Source: a virus (taxonomy: Duplodnaviria; Caudoviricetes). Taken from it: a DNA stretch of 64,000 bases. The notes beneath the pieces were generated by a model that saw only the letters and a program-made list of their open reading frames with translations, was not told the origin of the DNA and ran no database searches. Below are positions 45,465 to 54,158 of the stretch, piece after piece. Within the stretch, counting starts at the first letter, position 1. Each line of letters starts with the position of its first letter. The stretch lies in the IMG/VR virus record IMGVR_UViG_3300028840_002618, positions 291-64,290 of that record. One strand, given 5' to 3'. A program made the translations under genes and the position numbers.

Positions 45465-47528
45465 ATGTCTGTTATCAAGTTTTCTAAAAGTGAGTTTGAG
45501 CAAGTTCTCGCCGGGATCGCCCGCAAGTGTGATGGGGAGATCGAGAGGATCAACCATCAAGGTCTGATCAAGGGAGAACACGTCTACGCGTTGTTGCTGG
45601 CACGGTGCAACAAGGCGATTTTTGTTCGTTCATCGGTCAAGAGTGATGGAATGTCCGCAGACGTGGGCGAGGACTCAATCCGGTTGTGGGTCTCATATCA
45701 CTACCAGGGACGTTGGGTTCCTCTAGGCAAAGAGACATACACCCAGAGAACGCAGGGCTGGGCCGACCGGATGGGGGTCAAGGTCTCAGAGTTGATCGAG
45801 GTCGCACTAAAGGATGGCAAGGTCAGGACGCTCCCAATCGGCAAGGTCTCTGAGGGTCCGAGCGAGAGCACAGACGGTCAGGAGTCGGAATCGCAGGCTG
45901 AGCCGGTCTGCCCGGAGTGTGGGTCAAAGATGGTACTCAGAACGGCGCGCAAGGGTAAGAACGCCGGCAACCAGTTCTGGGGATGCTCGACCTTCCCAAG
46001 GTGCAGAGGGACGCGGGACGTCATCATTTCCGAGCACTTGGATGGAACGCACGTCGATGCAGATCCTCAAGGGAACGACATCAACTGGTCGGTCTATCAG
46101 ACCGCGATTTTTGAGGAGATCGAGAACGGGACCGGAAACCTCGTGATAGAGGCGGTCGCGGGGTCAGGTAAAACGACGACCATCGTCCACGGTCTGGAGT
46201 ATACGCCCAAGGATGCAGAGGTCGCCTTCGTCGCCTTCAATAGTCACATCGCCAAAGAGTTGGCACGGCGCGCACCGGGACACGTCGAGGTCTCCACGTT
46301 GCACTCTCTCGGACTCTCGAATATCCGCAACGCGTTTGGTTCGGTCAAGGTTGAACCGAACAAAGTGCGGGATATGGTCAGGGATTACGCAGAGCGCCAG
46401 AGTTCTATCGACCGCTACGAGAACGTGATGCTCAACCAGAGTGGGATCGTCAAGCTCATATCCTTGGTCAAGGGGACGATGTCGGGAGACTCGGACGAGG
46501 ACTTGATGGGGATCGCCTTCAACTACAACATCGAGTTGAACGATGCAGAGGGGGTCGTTTTTGAGGCCGTGAGACACATCCTGGTTCAGAGTAGAGCAGA
46601 GACCAAGATGGTTGACTTTGATGATATGGTCGACTTTTGCGCGACCGGGAGAGTGGGGTGCAAGCAGTTCGACATCCTCTTTGGTGACGAGGTTCAGGAC
46701 TGGAACGCCGCGCAGATCGAGATGGCTCTGAGGTCGGTCAAGTCTGGCGGTCGCATCATCGGAGTGGGTGATCGCTGGCAGTCAATCTACGGGTTCAGGG
46801 GAGCGGACATCAATGCAATCCCGGGTCTGATCGAGGCCACCGGGGCCAAGGTGCTGCCCCTCTCGATCACCTATCGTTGCCCGACCTCGCACGTAGAGTT
46901 AGCTAAGACTCTGGTGCCGCACATCGAGGCAAGAGAGGGAGCGCCAGAGGGGACGGTCGCGACAGTCTCAGAGTATGACTTTACACAGAAGGTAGAACAG
47001 GGCGACTTGGTTCTATGTCGATGCAACGCCCCGTTGGTGAAACCGGCCTTCGACCTCATTCGACAGGGGAAAAAGGCGGTCATCCTGGGCAGGGACATCG
47101 GCAAGAATCTTCTCCAGTTGGTCTACAAGGTACAACGCAAGTACAAGGTCCACAACCTGGGTGACACTCTGGAGAAACTATCAGTTTACGTTCGCGTCGA
47201 GGTCTCCAAGCTTCTCAAGAGAGACGCAGAGATCAGGGCTGAGAACTTGATGGACAAGGCCGACACAATCTACGCTCTCAGTGAAGGATGCGAGACCGTT
47301 CGAGAGTTGGAGTCAAAAGTCCGCAAGGTATTCTCGGACGAGCACGCAGGGGTCACCTTCAGTTCAGTACACAAGACCAAAGGGGGACAGGCCAAGGTCG
47401 TATGGATTCTGCAACCGGGCCTAATGCCGCACCCAAAGGCTAGCCGACCCCAGGACCTTCAGCAAGAGCGGAACATACAGTATGTAGCCTACACGCGGTC
47501 AATGTCAGAGCTCTACTTCGTCAAGTAG
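45465..47528 (+). CDS. UvrD/Rep-like SF1 helicase with topoisomerase-type Zn ribbon
   Basis: CPECGS...FWGCSTFPRC; AVAGSGKT, DEVQD, GDRWQSIYGFRGA, YVAYTRS. Confidence 0.88.
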   Translation: MSVIKFSKSEFEQVLAGIARKCDGEIERINHQGLIKGEHVYALLLARCNKAIFVRSSVKSDGMSADVGEDSIRLWVSYHYQGRWVPLGKETYTQRTQGWADRMGVKVSELIEVALKDGKVRTLPIGKVSEGPSESTDGQESESQAEPVCPECGSKMVLRTARKGKNAGNQFWGCSTFPRCRGTRDVIISEHLDGTHVDADPQGNDINWSVYQTAIFEEIENGTGNLVIEAVAGSGKTTTIVHGLEYTPKDAEVAFVAFNSHIAKELARRAPGHVEVSTLHSLGLSNIRNAFGSVKVEPNKVRDMVRDYAERQSSIDRYENVMLNQSGIVKLISLVKGTMSGDSDEDLMGIAFNYNIELNDAEGVVFEAVRHILVQSRAETKMVDFDDMVDFCATGRVGCKQFDILFGDEVQDWNAAQIEMALRSVKSGGRIIGVGDRWQSIYGFRGADINAIPGLIEATGAKVLPLSITYRCPTSHVELAKTLVPHIEAREGAPEGTVATVSEYDFTQKVEQGDLVLCRCNAPLVKPAFDLIRQGKKAVILGRDIGKNLLQLVYKVQRKYKVHNLGDTLEKLSVYVRVEVSKLLKRDAEIRAENLMDKADTIYALSEGCETVRELESKVRKVFSDEHAGVTFSSVHKTKGGQAKVVWILQPGLMPHPKASRPQDLQQERNIQYVAYTRSMSELYFVK

Positions 47529-47534
47529 GAATGA

Positions 47535-47568
47535 GGAGAGAGGGGAGCTATCTCCTCTCTCCTTTTTT
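47535..47568 (+). terminator. intrinsic terminator
   Basis: GGAGAGAGGGGA-GCTA-TCTCCTCTCTCC-TTTTTT. Confidence 0.8.
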
Positions 47569-47609
47569 CAGTAAAATGTCAAAGTGTACCATAATGAGAG
47601 GGGAGTAAC

Positions 47610-48143
47610 ATGGGAATAGATCCAAAGATCGTGCTGGTAGTAGGGATCAAAACAGAGGAACACCAGAGAGTGAGTACGCCGCTAGGAGAGGACGAGATAC
47701 ATGTCCCTCTCATGAAGTATAGAATACCAGGAACAGAGACCTGCGCTTTTCTGGAGGAGGGGACATTGTATGATTACCTGTGGCATGGCCCTCCGATGGG
47801 GAGTTCTCTCCGCAATCCAGGGAACATTGTCGGATACATCGTAGACAAAATAAGCCCATACAGTTGGATCGCCAGGGCCCTGATGCACATCCCTGAATGT
47901 GACAATGATCACTTTGTGGTAGAGATGCCGCTGCGGGAGTTCAGTGACAACGACACCTTTGAAGTAGAACAAGACGCCGGCGACGTTGTCTCGGAGCATC
48001 GGAACATCATCAACATGGGAGGATCATGGGGACTGTTCAACTCTGACCAGTGGTGGCATTGGGCCATAGAGATCTTGAGGATCGCCGGTTGGGAGGTCAA
48101 GAGAACAGACCTCAGATTGTACCTTATTATGGACTGGGCATAG
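47610..48143 (+). CDS. hypothetical protein
   Basis: GGGGAG RBS. Confidence 0.6.
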   Translation: MGIDPKIVLVVGIKTEEHQRVSTPLGEDEIHVPLMKYRIPGTETCAFLEEGTLYDYLWHGPPMGSSLRNPGNIVGYIVDKISPYSWIARALMHIPECDNDHFVVEMPLREFSDNDTFEVEQDAGDVVSEHRNIINMGGSWGLFNSDQWWHWAIEILRIAGWEVKRTDLRLYLIMDWA

Positions 48144-48223
48144 GCTTTTGTCGGGAGTCTAGGCCGTTCTCGGCTTAGGCTCATTCCTGCGAAGAGCTAG
48201 GCACTACACGTAGAGAGGGGATC

Positions 48224-48574
48224 ATGGGAACATATCCACAAATCGAGGTACAGGCAAGTTGGAGCGAGATCTTGATCGAGATCATCTTACAGAAAGGATG
48301 GGCGCACATCAAGATCAGAAAACAGAACAAAGACGGGGTCGTGCTGCCGAGCGACTTCAAGATCCAGTTGCCGCACCAGAGGGGTGACGAGTGGCTGTCT
48401 ATGCAGGGATTGTATGAGCATATGGGTCTGGAGGGGTTGGCGGGGGATCTAGGAGTGGTGCTCGACACGATGTACATGAACTCGATCTACTGGACACGGT
48501 TCACAGAAACGGACATAGAGGTCTTGGAGAAAACGGCACGCCGGTTCTTTCCATCAGAGAGTGAGGCGGCATGA
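48224..48574 (+). CDS. hypothetical protein
   Basis: RBS. Confidence 0.6.
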   Translation: MGTYPQIEVQASWSEILIEIILQKGWAHIKIRKQNKDGVVLPSDFKIQLPHQRGDEWLSMQGLYEHMGLEGLAGDLGVVLDTMYMNSIYWTRFTETDIEVLEKTARRFFPSESEAA

Positions 48575-49053
48575 AGGATCAAGAGTTCCAAGTACGGGTA
48601 GAGTTGACATCGTTCACAGCAGTGGTCGACGTGGTGTATGGGTCTCAGTGGGCAGGGGCCGCGATCCGAAAAGAGCTTGACTGGGAGGACCCGGCATCAA
48701 GGTCGGTCCTGCCGGCGCGCATCTATCCCAACTTGAGCCATCCTGCAGGATGCAGCCGGGAGGAGTTGGAGCGGCACATCGCCATCGAGCTGCACTGGAC
48801 TAGCATTGCCCAGTATCTCGACGCCCTGTTTACCAAAGAGGAAACCTTCAAGGATGGAGGGGAGGATCTGCGCAAGGGGATCGAGGACTTTACCAAGAAC
48901 GCTTACCGCATGTTGATCGGGCCGTTGGAGGCATCAGGGCATGAACCTCAACCTGTTGGTAAAAGTACTCCTCCTCGGGCCTTCCTCGATACGGCATTCT
49001 CCCGGCACGAGAGTGCTGAACCGTTTGGTCTGGAGGACGAGCCGCCGTTCTAG
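48571..49053 (+). CDS. hypothetical protein with acidic DEPPF tail
   Basis: ATGA coupling; SSB-like C-terminal tip. Confidence 0.6.
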   Translation: MKDQEFQVRVELTSFTAVVDVVYGSQWAGAAIRKELDWEDPASRSVLPARIYPNLSHPAGCSREELERHIAIELHWTSIAQYLDALFTKEETFKDGGEDLRKGIEDFTKNAYRMLIGPLEASGHEPQPVGKSTPPRAFLDTAFSRHESAEPFGLEDEPPF

Positions 49054-49056
49054 GCA

Positions 49057-49160
49057 TTGACAGGGCATCCGTTTTCGTGGTAGAATGGATCAACTTAATA
49101 GTTCACCGTTACCGCAGAGAGAGCCGCCATCCCAGGCACCCGCCAGGATCGGCTCTTTTT
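49057..49160 (+). ncRNA. promoter-short RNA-terminator unit
   Basis: TTGACA-18-(TGG)TAGAAT, CAACTTA..., AGAGCCG...CGGCTCTTTTT. Confidence 0.55.
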
Positions 49161-49269
49161 GCGTCCTGGCGTGTCAGGGAGAGGGGCGGTCTGGAGAGAG
49201 GCCAAATTCTGCCAATCGAGGCAGAGAGGGCTTTCTGGGGGGTCTTTTGGGCCAGTTTGGGCCAGTCTC

Positions 49270-49320
49270 TTGACAGGTTGGGCGTTTTTGTGGTATTATG
49301 GTTGTGACAGTGAGTTGATT
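49270..49320 (+). promoter_or_regulatory. promoter plus conserved leader (copy 6)
   Basis: TTGACA-18-TATTAT-6-GACAGTGAGTTGATT. Confidence 0.85.
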
Positions 49321-49347
49321 ATGATTGAATTTCGAGAGGGGTCCAAA

Positions 49348-49515
49348 ATGTCCAAGGTAGAGATCAAGATGGCAATTCAGAAAAAGGTAGATCGGGTGCG
49401 TCGCCTCCAGGCCCTACGCGCCAACGCGCGCGACCAGGAGCGTCGGGATCACCTGAGTGACGTCATCGGCCAGTTGTTTGTAGAGATCGACGTCTTGGAG
49501 TCAGAGATCGAGTAG
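49348..49515 (+). CDS. small coiled-coil protein
   Basis: RBS, first gene after promoter. Confidence 0.6.
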   Translation: MSKVEIKMAIQKKVDRVRRLQALRANARDQERRDHLSDVIGQLFVEIDVLESEIE

Positions 49516-49539
49516 AGAATAGAAAAGGGAGATCGGAAA

Positions 49540-49812
49540 ATGTCTAATTATGATTTTTTCAAGCATGAGGGAATGGACGAGGCGGCGAGCGAACTGCGGA
49601 ACGCCCGGGATCGGGTCAAGGCCGAGAAGGTCAAGTGGCTGAATGAGATCGCCGGGACGTTTGCCTCTGAGGTCGTGGATTATATCTATAATCAGGATGT
49701 GGAGCCGGGGCCGCAAGGCCTGGAGGTCGCACGCGCACAGGCACAGATGGCAGTCGAGTGGAAACTGGGCGAGTTGATCGCCGCGGTCAGGTACGGTGAG
49801 GAACAACTGTAG
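49540..49812 (+). CDS. hypothetical protein
   Basis: RBS. Confidence 0.6.
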   Translation: MSNYDFFKHEGMDEAASELRNARDRVKAEKVKWLNEIAGTFASEVVDYIYNQDVEPGPQGLEVARAQAQMAVEWKLGELIAAVRYGEEQL

Positions 49813-49828
49813 AGAGGGGATCGAGGGG

Positions 49829-49990
49829 ATGACAGACGAGCAGAAACGCTTAGCCAAGTTGAAACGGAGCCAGATACGGGATCTGGAGGCGTTGATCGGG
49901 ACGACTCAGAACATGAAGTACATCGAGAGGATTAACAAGCGGATCGAGGAGTTGATCGACGAGGTCTTGGAACTGGAGGAGGGGTCATGA
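49829..49990 (+). CDS. small coiled-coil protein
   Basis: RBS. Confidence 0.55.
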   Translation: MTDEQKRLAKLKRSQIRDLEALIGTTQNMKYIERINKRIEELIDEVLELEEGS

Positions 49991-50232
49991 ATTGTAAGGT
50001 CTGCGGAGCCGAGACATGGAACAGGGTCAAGGCCAAGGATGGGAGGGGCGTGGCCCTCTGCCCCAAGTGTGCCGGGGATGTGATCGACAACCTGGAGGCT
50101 GGCGGGGAGTACGTAGGGATGTCTGGGGACGGCGTTATGAGAGGGGTATCGTACGCCGACCTGCACGGACAGGTGACGGACATGATCCATTCTCGGATCG
50201 TAGAGCATTTCCAGGCCCCTGCCGTAGTCTAG
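49987..50232 (+). CDS. small Zn-finger protein
   Basis: CKVC...CPKC. Confidence 0.6.
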   Translation: MNCKVCGAETWNRVKAKDGRGVALCPKCAGDVIDNLEAGGEYVGMSGDGVMRGVSYADLHGQVTDMIHSRIVEHFQAPAVV

Positions 50233-50239
50233 GTCTGGA

Positions 50240-50266
50240 GGGGAGATCGAGAGGTCTCCCCTTTTT
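50240..50266 (+). terminator. intrinsic terminator
   Basis: GGGGAGATC-GAGA-GGTCTCCCC-TTTTT. Confidence 0.8.
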
Positions 50267-50276
50267 GGATCCAGTC

Positions 50277-50361
50277 AACATGTTCATGATCATGATGATC
50301 TCCCCTATAGGAGGTCGTCTATATATGGGGGATCATCATGATCATCATGATCATGATGATC
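50277..50361. repeat. GATC-rich palindromic element B
   Basis: near copy of 30547-30632. Confidence 0.8.
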
Positions 50362-50378
50362 CAGTCTCAGGAAAATGC

Positions 50379-50429
50379 TTGACAGGGGCCGGTGTTTTGT
50401 GGTACTATTGTCGTGACAGTGAGTTGATT
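50379..50429 (+). promoter_or_regulatory. promoter plus conserved leader (copy 7)
   Basis: TTGACA-18-TACTAT-6-GACAGTGAGTTGATT. Confidence 0.85.
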
Positions 50430-50450
50430 CTAGTTTAGAGGAGGGACCAA

Positions 50451-50744
50451 ATGGACCAGGAATGTCGTGAAATTATCGCCCAGGCACGTAAGATGTATCG
50501 AGAGGCGCGGGAACGCTTGGAGGTCAAGGTAGAGGTTTTCAGTCTGGGGGATCGTGGTATTCTCAAGTATGGGGATCTCTTGATGACTTACGCCGAGTGT
50601 GGTTTCTCTCGGGAGGATCTGGAGGGATCGAGCTCTGAGGATCTGGAGTATGTTGTCAATGAAGTTCAAGCTGAGTTCCGCAAACGCCTGGATGGGGCCA
50701 ACGACCTGGTCTCTCTGGGGAATTTGCTAGCATCGTTTGGGTAG
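50451..50744 (+). CDS. hypothetical protein
   Basis: GAGGAGG RBS. Confidence 0.65.
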   Translation: MDQECREIIAQARKMYREARERLEVKVEVFSLGDRGILKYGDLLMTYAECGFSREDLEGSSSEDLEYVVNEVQAEFRKRLDGANDLVSLGNLLASFG

Positions 50745-50772
50745 GTCTGAGAGTTTAGAGGAGGTTGTCAAA

Positions 50773-51267
50773 ATGAGGTCCATTGCGAAGGTAGGTTGTA
50801 TCTGGGAGGCGCACGGTACACGGTTCTGCCAGTTGGAGGTCGAACACTCGATCTACGATGTTGACGTGGAGGCCGACGAGCCGCAGATCCTGAACAACGC
50901 CAAGACGAGGGGCTTCGGCTGGGTCATGGGCAAGTGGTCTTACTGCGTGCCTCTCGACTGCGCCGAGGGGGATCTGGTAGAAGTAGAGTACGTGGATGCA
51001 GGGTACTGGAAGGTCCTCTCGCAGGAGTCAGTCACGCGCCTGATGCGCCCTCTCCGTAAGGGAGAGAGGATCGACGTGGGGGACGTGCTCGTAGAGCATC
51101 GCCGGTCCCTGCCCCGCTGGTACTACGTAGTGGACGTGGGAGCCGACACAGTCTCGTACTCGAGACTGCCGGTGGAGGTAGATCGATGTGACGCGACGCT
51201 GCTCAGGGAGGAGATCTCCAATCACTTCAAGGTCTACACGCGGAGGTCAATCCTGGATCTCAGGTAG
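50773..51267 (+). CDS. hypothetical protein
   Basis: GAGGAGG RBS before ATG 50773. Confidence 0.6.
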   Translation: MRSIAKVGCIWEAHGTRFCQLEVEHSIYDVDVEADEPQILNNAKTRGFGWVMGKWSYCVPLDCAEGDLVEVEYVDAGYWKVLSQESVTRLMRPLRKGERIDVGDVLVEHRRSLPRWYYVVDVGADTVSYSRLPVEVDRCDATLLREEISNHFKVYTRRSILDLR

Positions 51268-51281
51268 TCTACCGTGGAACG

Positions 51282-51381
51282 GAAAAAGAGACCCTGCCTC
51301 GCGGCTGCGGTCTCTTTTTTTGTGGGCTAGCGCCCCTCCCTAAGTTGGTCTCATTGTACCATCTTTGGGAGGTCATGTCAA
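51282..51381 (-). ncRNA. promoter-short RNA-terminator unit
   Basis: TTGACA-17-(TGG)TACAAT, CAACTTA..., bidirectional terminator AAAAAGAGACC...GGTCTCTTTTT. Confidence 0.55.
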
Positions 51382-51383
51382 GG

Positions 51384-51482
51384 CGAAACGCCCCTGGAGG
51401 GGACAGGGGCGTTTCTCTCGGCATTCTTGGAGTCAGTCTTGTGTCTCTGAGACATTGTACCATGTCTGGAGCATGGTGTCAA
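51384..51482 (-). ncRNA. promoter-short RNA-hairpin unit (tandem with previous)
   Basis: TTGACA-17-(TGG)TACAAT, ~35 nt, 12-bp hairpin GAAACGCCCCTG/CAGGGGCGTTTC. Confidence 0.55.
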
Positions 51483-51877
51483 GGGGTAGGTTGACGTAAC
51501 TCCTGTTTCACGCCGTGGATGGACAGGGCCATAACGATGGCTACCGCGACAATCGAGACGGCCTCCTCGATGAATTGGATCCAGGTTGTCGGCGGGGGTC
51601 TCTGGAGGAAAAGTACCTGGAGCCAGTAGCCAGCGATGGCGATCAGAGATGTCCCTGTGAGAGTGATAATACGCTCCCAGAGTTGGGTCAAAGTCTCCAG
51701 TCTGGGCCAGAGTCGTTCTGCTAGTTCCCAAAGGAAAAAGGCAATCGTCCCTGCCCCACCTCCGGTGACGATCCAGATCAGTATGGAGGGGAGGGAGGTC
51801 CAGTCAACAGGCTGGAGGAGTGGGGAGAGGATCAGACCAAGGATCATGAACGGTACGAGTGTAAATAGAGCTGTCAT
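51479..51877 (-). CDS. putative holin
   Basis: 132 aa, 3-4 TM segments, end of lysis block. Confidence 0.65.
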   Translation of the reverse strand: MTALFTLVPFMILGLILSPLLQPVDWTSLPSILIWIVTGGGAGTIAFFLWELAERLWPRLETLTQLWERIITLTGTSLIAIAGYWLQVLFLQRPPPTTWIQFIEEAVSIVAVAIVMALSIHGVKQELRQPTP

Positions 51878-51895
51878 TGTTTTTTCCTTTCGTTA

Positions 51896-51941
51896 GGGGA
51901 TCATGTTGATCATCATGTTGATCATCATGATCATGTTCATA
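51896..51941. repeat. GATC-rich half element C
   Basis: GGGGATCATGTTGATCATCATGTTGATCATCATGATCATGTTCAT. Confidence 0.7.
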
Positions 51942-52464
51942 TGCCTCCGAGGAGGACGGATAACTTGTCGACGCCCAGGCCAGCCGCTAGGCCCAGGCCG
52001 AGAGCTGCACCGGTCAAGAGCCAGACCCTTCTCTGGAGTCTGGCGAGTTGGTCGGTCAGGAGGTCTATACGGGCAGCGTTTTTGGAGCACTTTTTGGCAT
52101 CCAGGACCATTTTGCCGAGCCGCTGGAAAACAGACCGGAGCACAGAGGGCAGGACTGGCTTGTGTAGGACGTTGTCTACGTACCCTTCCAGCAGTTCATT
52201 CTCCAGGGCACGATCGACATAGCCCGACATGATGACGATCGGGCCGCGATGCTCGTCTCTCCATCGTTGTAGGAGGGTATCGCCCTTTCCGTTTTTGAGT
52301 CGGAGATCGAGCAAGAGCATGTCGGCGTCCTGGATCTTGTCTAGCCCTCCCGCTAGGCTGTCTGCGGTCTCGACGGAAAAGGTCATGGAGGTCAGGACGC
52401 GGCGGGTTAGTTGTCGGATAGCATAGTCATCATCGACTACCAGTATTTTTAGGTCGTCAAACAC
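51937..52464 (-). CDS. response-regulator receiver domain with coiled coil and C-terminal TM helix
   Basis: GTG after GGAGG; KILVVDDD, LLLDLRL, IMSG, HKP; VWLLTGAALGLGLAAGLG. Confidence 0.85.
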   Translation of the reverse strand: MFDDLKILVVDDDYAIRQLTRRVLTSMTFSVETADSLAGGLDKIQDADMLLLDLRLKNGKGDTLLQRWRDEHRGPIVIMSGYVDRALENELLEGYVDNVLHKPVLPSVLRSVFQRLGKMVLDAKKCSKNAARIDLLTDQLARLQRRVWLLTGAALGLGLAAGLGVDKLSVLLGGI

Positions 52465-52472
52465 TGGGCCTC

Positions 52473-54149
52473 CTACACGCAAGCTATCGCGACGGCTTCT
52501 TGTAGGAGCGCGCACAGCCGGGGGTCTGTGGAGGTCTTGATGGTAGCCTCTGATCGAGAGACCTCTACTCCATCCCACAAGGTGATCGTCGTGATCACGT
52601 GGTCCCCGCCTTCCGGTGGGTCTGGGGGTTCAGGGGATCCGATGTCGGCCTGGAGCAAAAAGTCATCCCAGTGCGTGGCACTGTTCTTGGCATAGTCGGT
52701 CTTGGCACGCAAGAACACGGTCACTTTGGTGGATTGCGCGATCGCATCGCCCAATGTCAAAGTCTGCCACTTTTTGTCTGTCTCGGGATCTTGCCCGAGC
52801 CATTCTGACCACTCGACAGACCCGGCGTGCATGTCCGTGCCGCCCAGTGGATCTATGCCCATCTGGGTACCGTTCTGGGCGCCGCTCTCAGAGTCGAGCA
52901 TTGCCTTGACCGTGGCTAGGAGAGTCGCGCCCGGTTGGGTAGTGTACTGCCGCCAGACACAACAGTCGGTCGTGCTAAAGGTAGTCTGCACGGCCTGACA
53001 AAAGTCCCCTGGATCGTCGGGATCGTCTCCGTGAGAGACAAAGTACTCGGGCCGGCGCAGCTTACTGGGATCCTCTGGGTCCTCTCCCTGCCAGAGCCAG
53101 AATGGTTCCCAGCCCTCCTGGACCTTGAGCTCTCCCACGTTCTGGTCATAAGGCGGGTTGGGATCGTTTCTGGGGATGAACGGGCCATTGAACGTTTCTA
53201 TGCCGATGGTGATCATGTCTGGTACCTCCTCTGGGGTATTCTTGATCCCGAGGTCTACGGCGCGCCGTATGTCCTCGTAGACGTGGGCCTTGCCTTCAAT
53301 ATGCCATTCATCGTACCGGGGCCACCTGTAGAGGCAGAGGCTTTGAATCGGGTATCCGTGGGTCAGGTTAAAATCACGGATCTCCTTGATTGCTTCTTGT
53401 ACCCATCGAACGTCCGGCACGTCCAACCAGGGGTTCCGGACGCCATTAACGTCGCCTTGGTCGGCCTCTGTGATGTAGATCTTGAGGCTTCGCAGAGCTA
53501 GCGGGGTCCATTCCCATAGGTCCCAGTAGGCCCGGAAATTGTAGAGCCGATCCTGGTATGGAGGTCCCATGGGGGTCATGTCGCGGATCAGCTGCCAACT
53601 CGATCCGTGGGTGTAGGTATGCCAGCACAGAGCGTCAAAGGTTTCACAGAGTTCAAGCATCCCCTGGTAGTAGGTCAACCAGTCCTCTGTCTCGACGTTC
53701 CACATGGCCACTGGTGCGGGCATGATGATCGAGTCTGGCTGAACCGCTTTGATCGCCGCGTAACACTTGCGAAAACATGACGCATAGTTCTCTTTGGAGA
53801 TCCCGCCCTCCACTAGAGCGTTGGGTTCATTCCCTATGACCCACCTTCTGCAGCCATAGGAGTTCTGGACCCAGCTCGCGCACCGGATCGCAAAGGCGTC
53901 ATAGTGGGAGGGATCAAGGGGGATCGTCCCTTGTTCTGGTCCGTAGCCATTGTTCAGTCTGGCGATGTTGCCGAACCCTCGAGACCACCACCGCGAGTAG
54001 TCATACCCGGCAGTGTCGTTTGGGTTGTGACCAAGGGCGTGAGTATGGGTAATCCACCCCGCTGCCTCACCACCTATGGTCATGTAGGTCTCCAGCCAGT
54101 CATCTGGAGGCGGTTCATGTATGCCGATGACGTAGGGGTTTTCAGGCAT
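52473..54149 (-). CDS. putative endolysin: clan GH-A TIM-barrel glycoside hydrolase plus carbohydrate-binding-like domain
   Basis: WVIGNEPN, HTY, IYITE catalytic motifs; between tail genes and holin. Confidence 0.7.
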   Translation of the reverse strand: MPENPYVIGIHEPPPDDWLETYMTIGGEAAGWITHTHALGHNPNDTAGYDYSRWWSRGFGNIARLNNGYGPEQGTIPLDPSHYDAFAIRCASWVQNSYGCRRWVIGNEPNALVEGGISKENYASCFRKCYAAIKAVQPDSIIMPAPVAMWNVETEDWLTYYQGMLELCETFDALCWHTYTHGSSWQLIRDMTPMGPPYQDRLYNFRAYWDLWEWTPLALRSLKIYITEADQGDVNGVRNPWLDVPDVRWVQEAIKEIRDFNLTHGYPIQSLCLYRWPRYDEWHIEGKAHVYEDIRRAVDLGIKNTPEEVPDMITIGIETFNGPFIPRNDPNPPYDQNVGELKVQEGWEPFWLWQGEDPEDPSKLRRPEYFVSHGDDPDDPGDFCQAVQTTFSTTDCCVWRQYTTQPGATLLATVKAMLDSESGAQNGTQMGIDPLGGTDMHAGSVEWSEWLGQDPETDKKWQTLTLGDAIAQSTKVTVFLRAKTDYAKNSATHWDDFLLQADIGSPEPPDPPEGGDHVITTITLWDGVEVSRSEATIKTSTDPRLCALLQEAVAIACV

Positions 54150-54158
54150 TGGACCTCC

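Noticed and set aside
21361-50429. CRISPR array from the repeated GACAGTGAGTTGATT motif
   Set aside because: Copies are kilobases apart and tied to promoters, with no repeat-spacer periodicity or cas genes.
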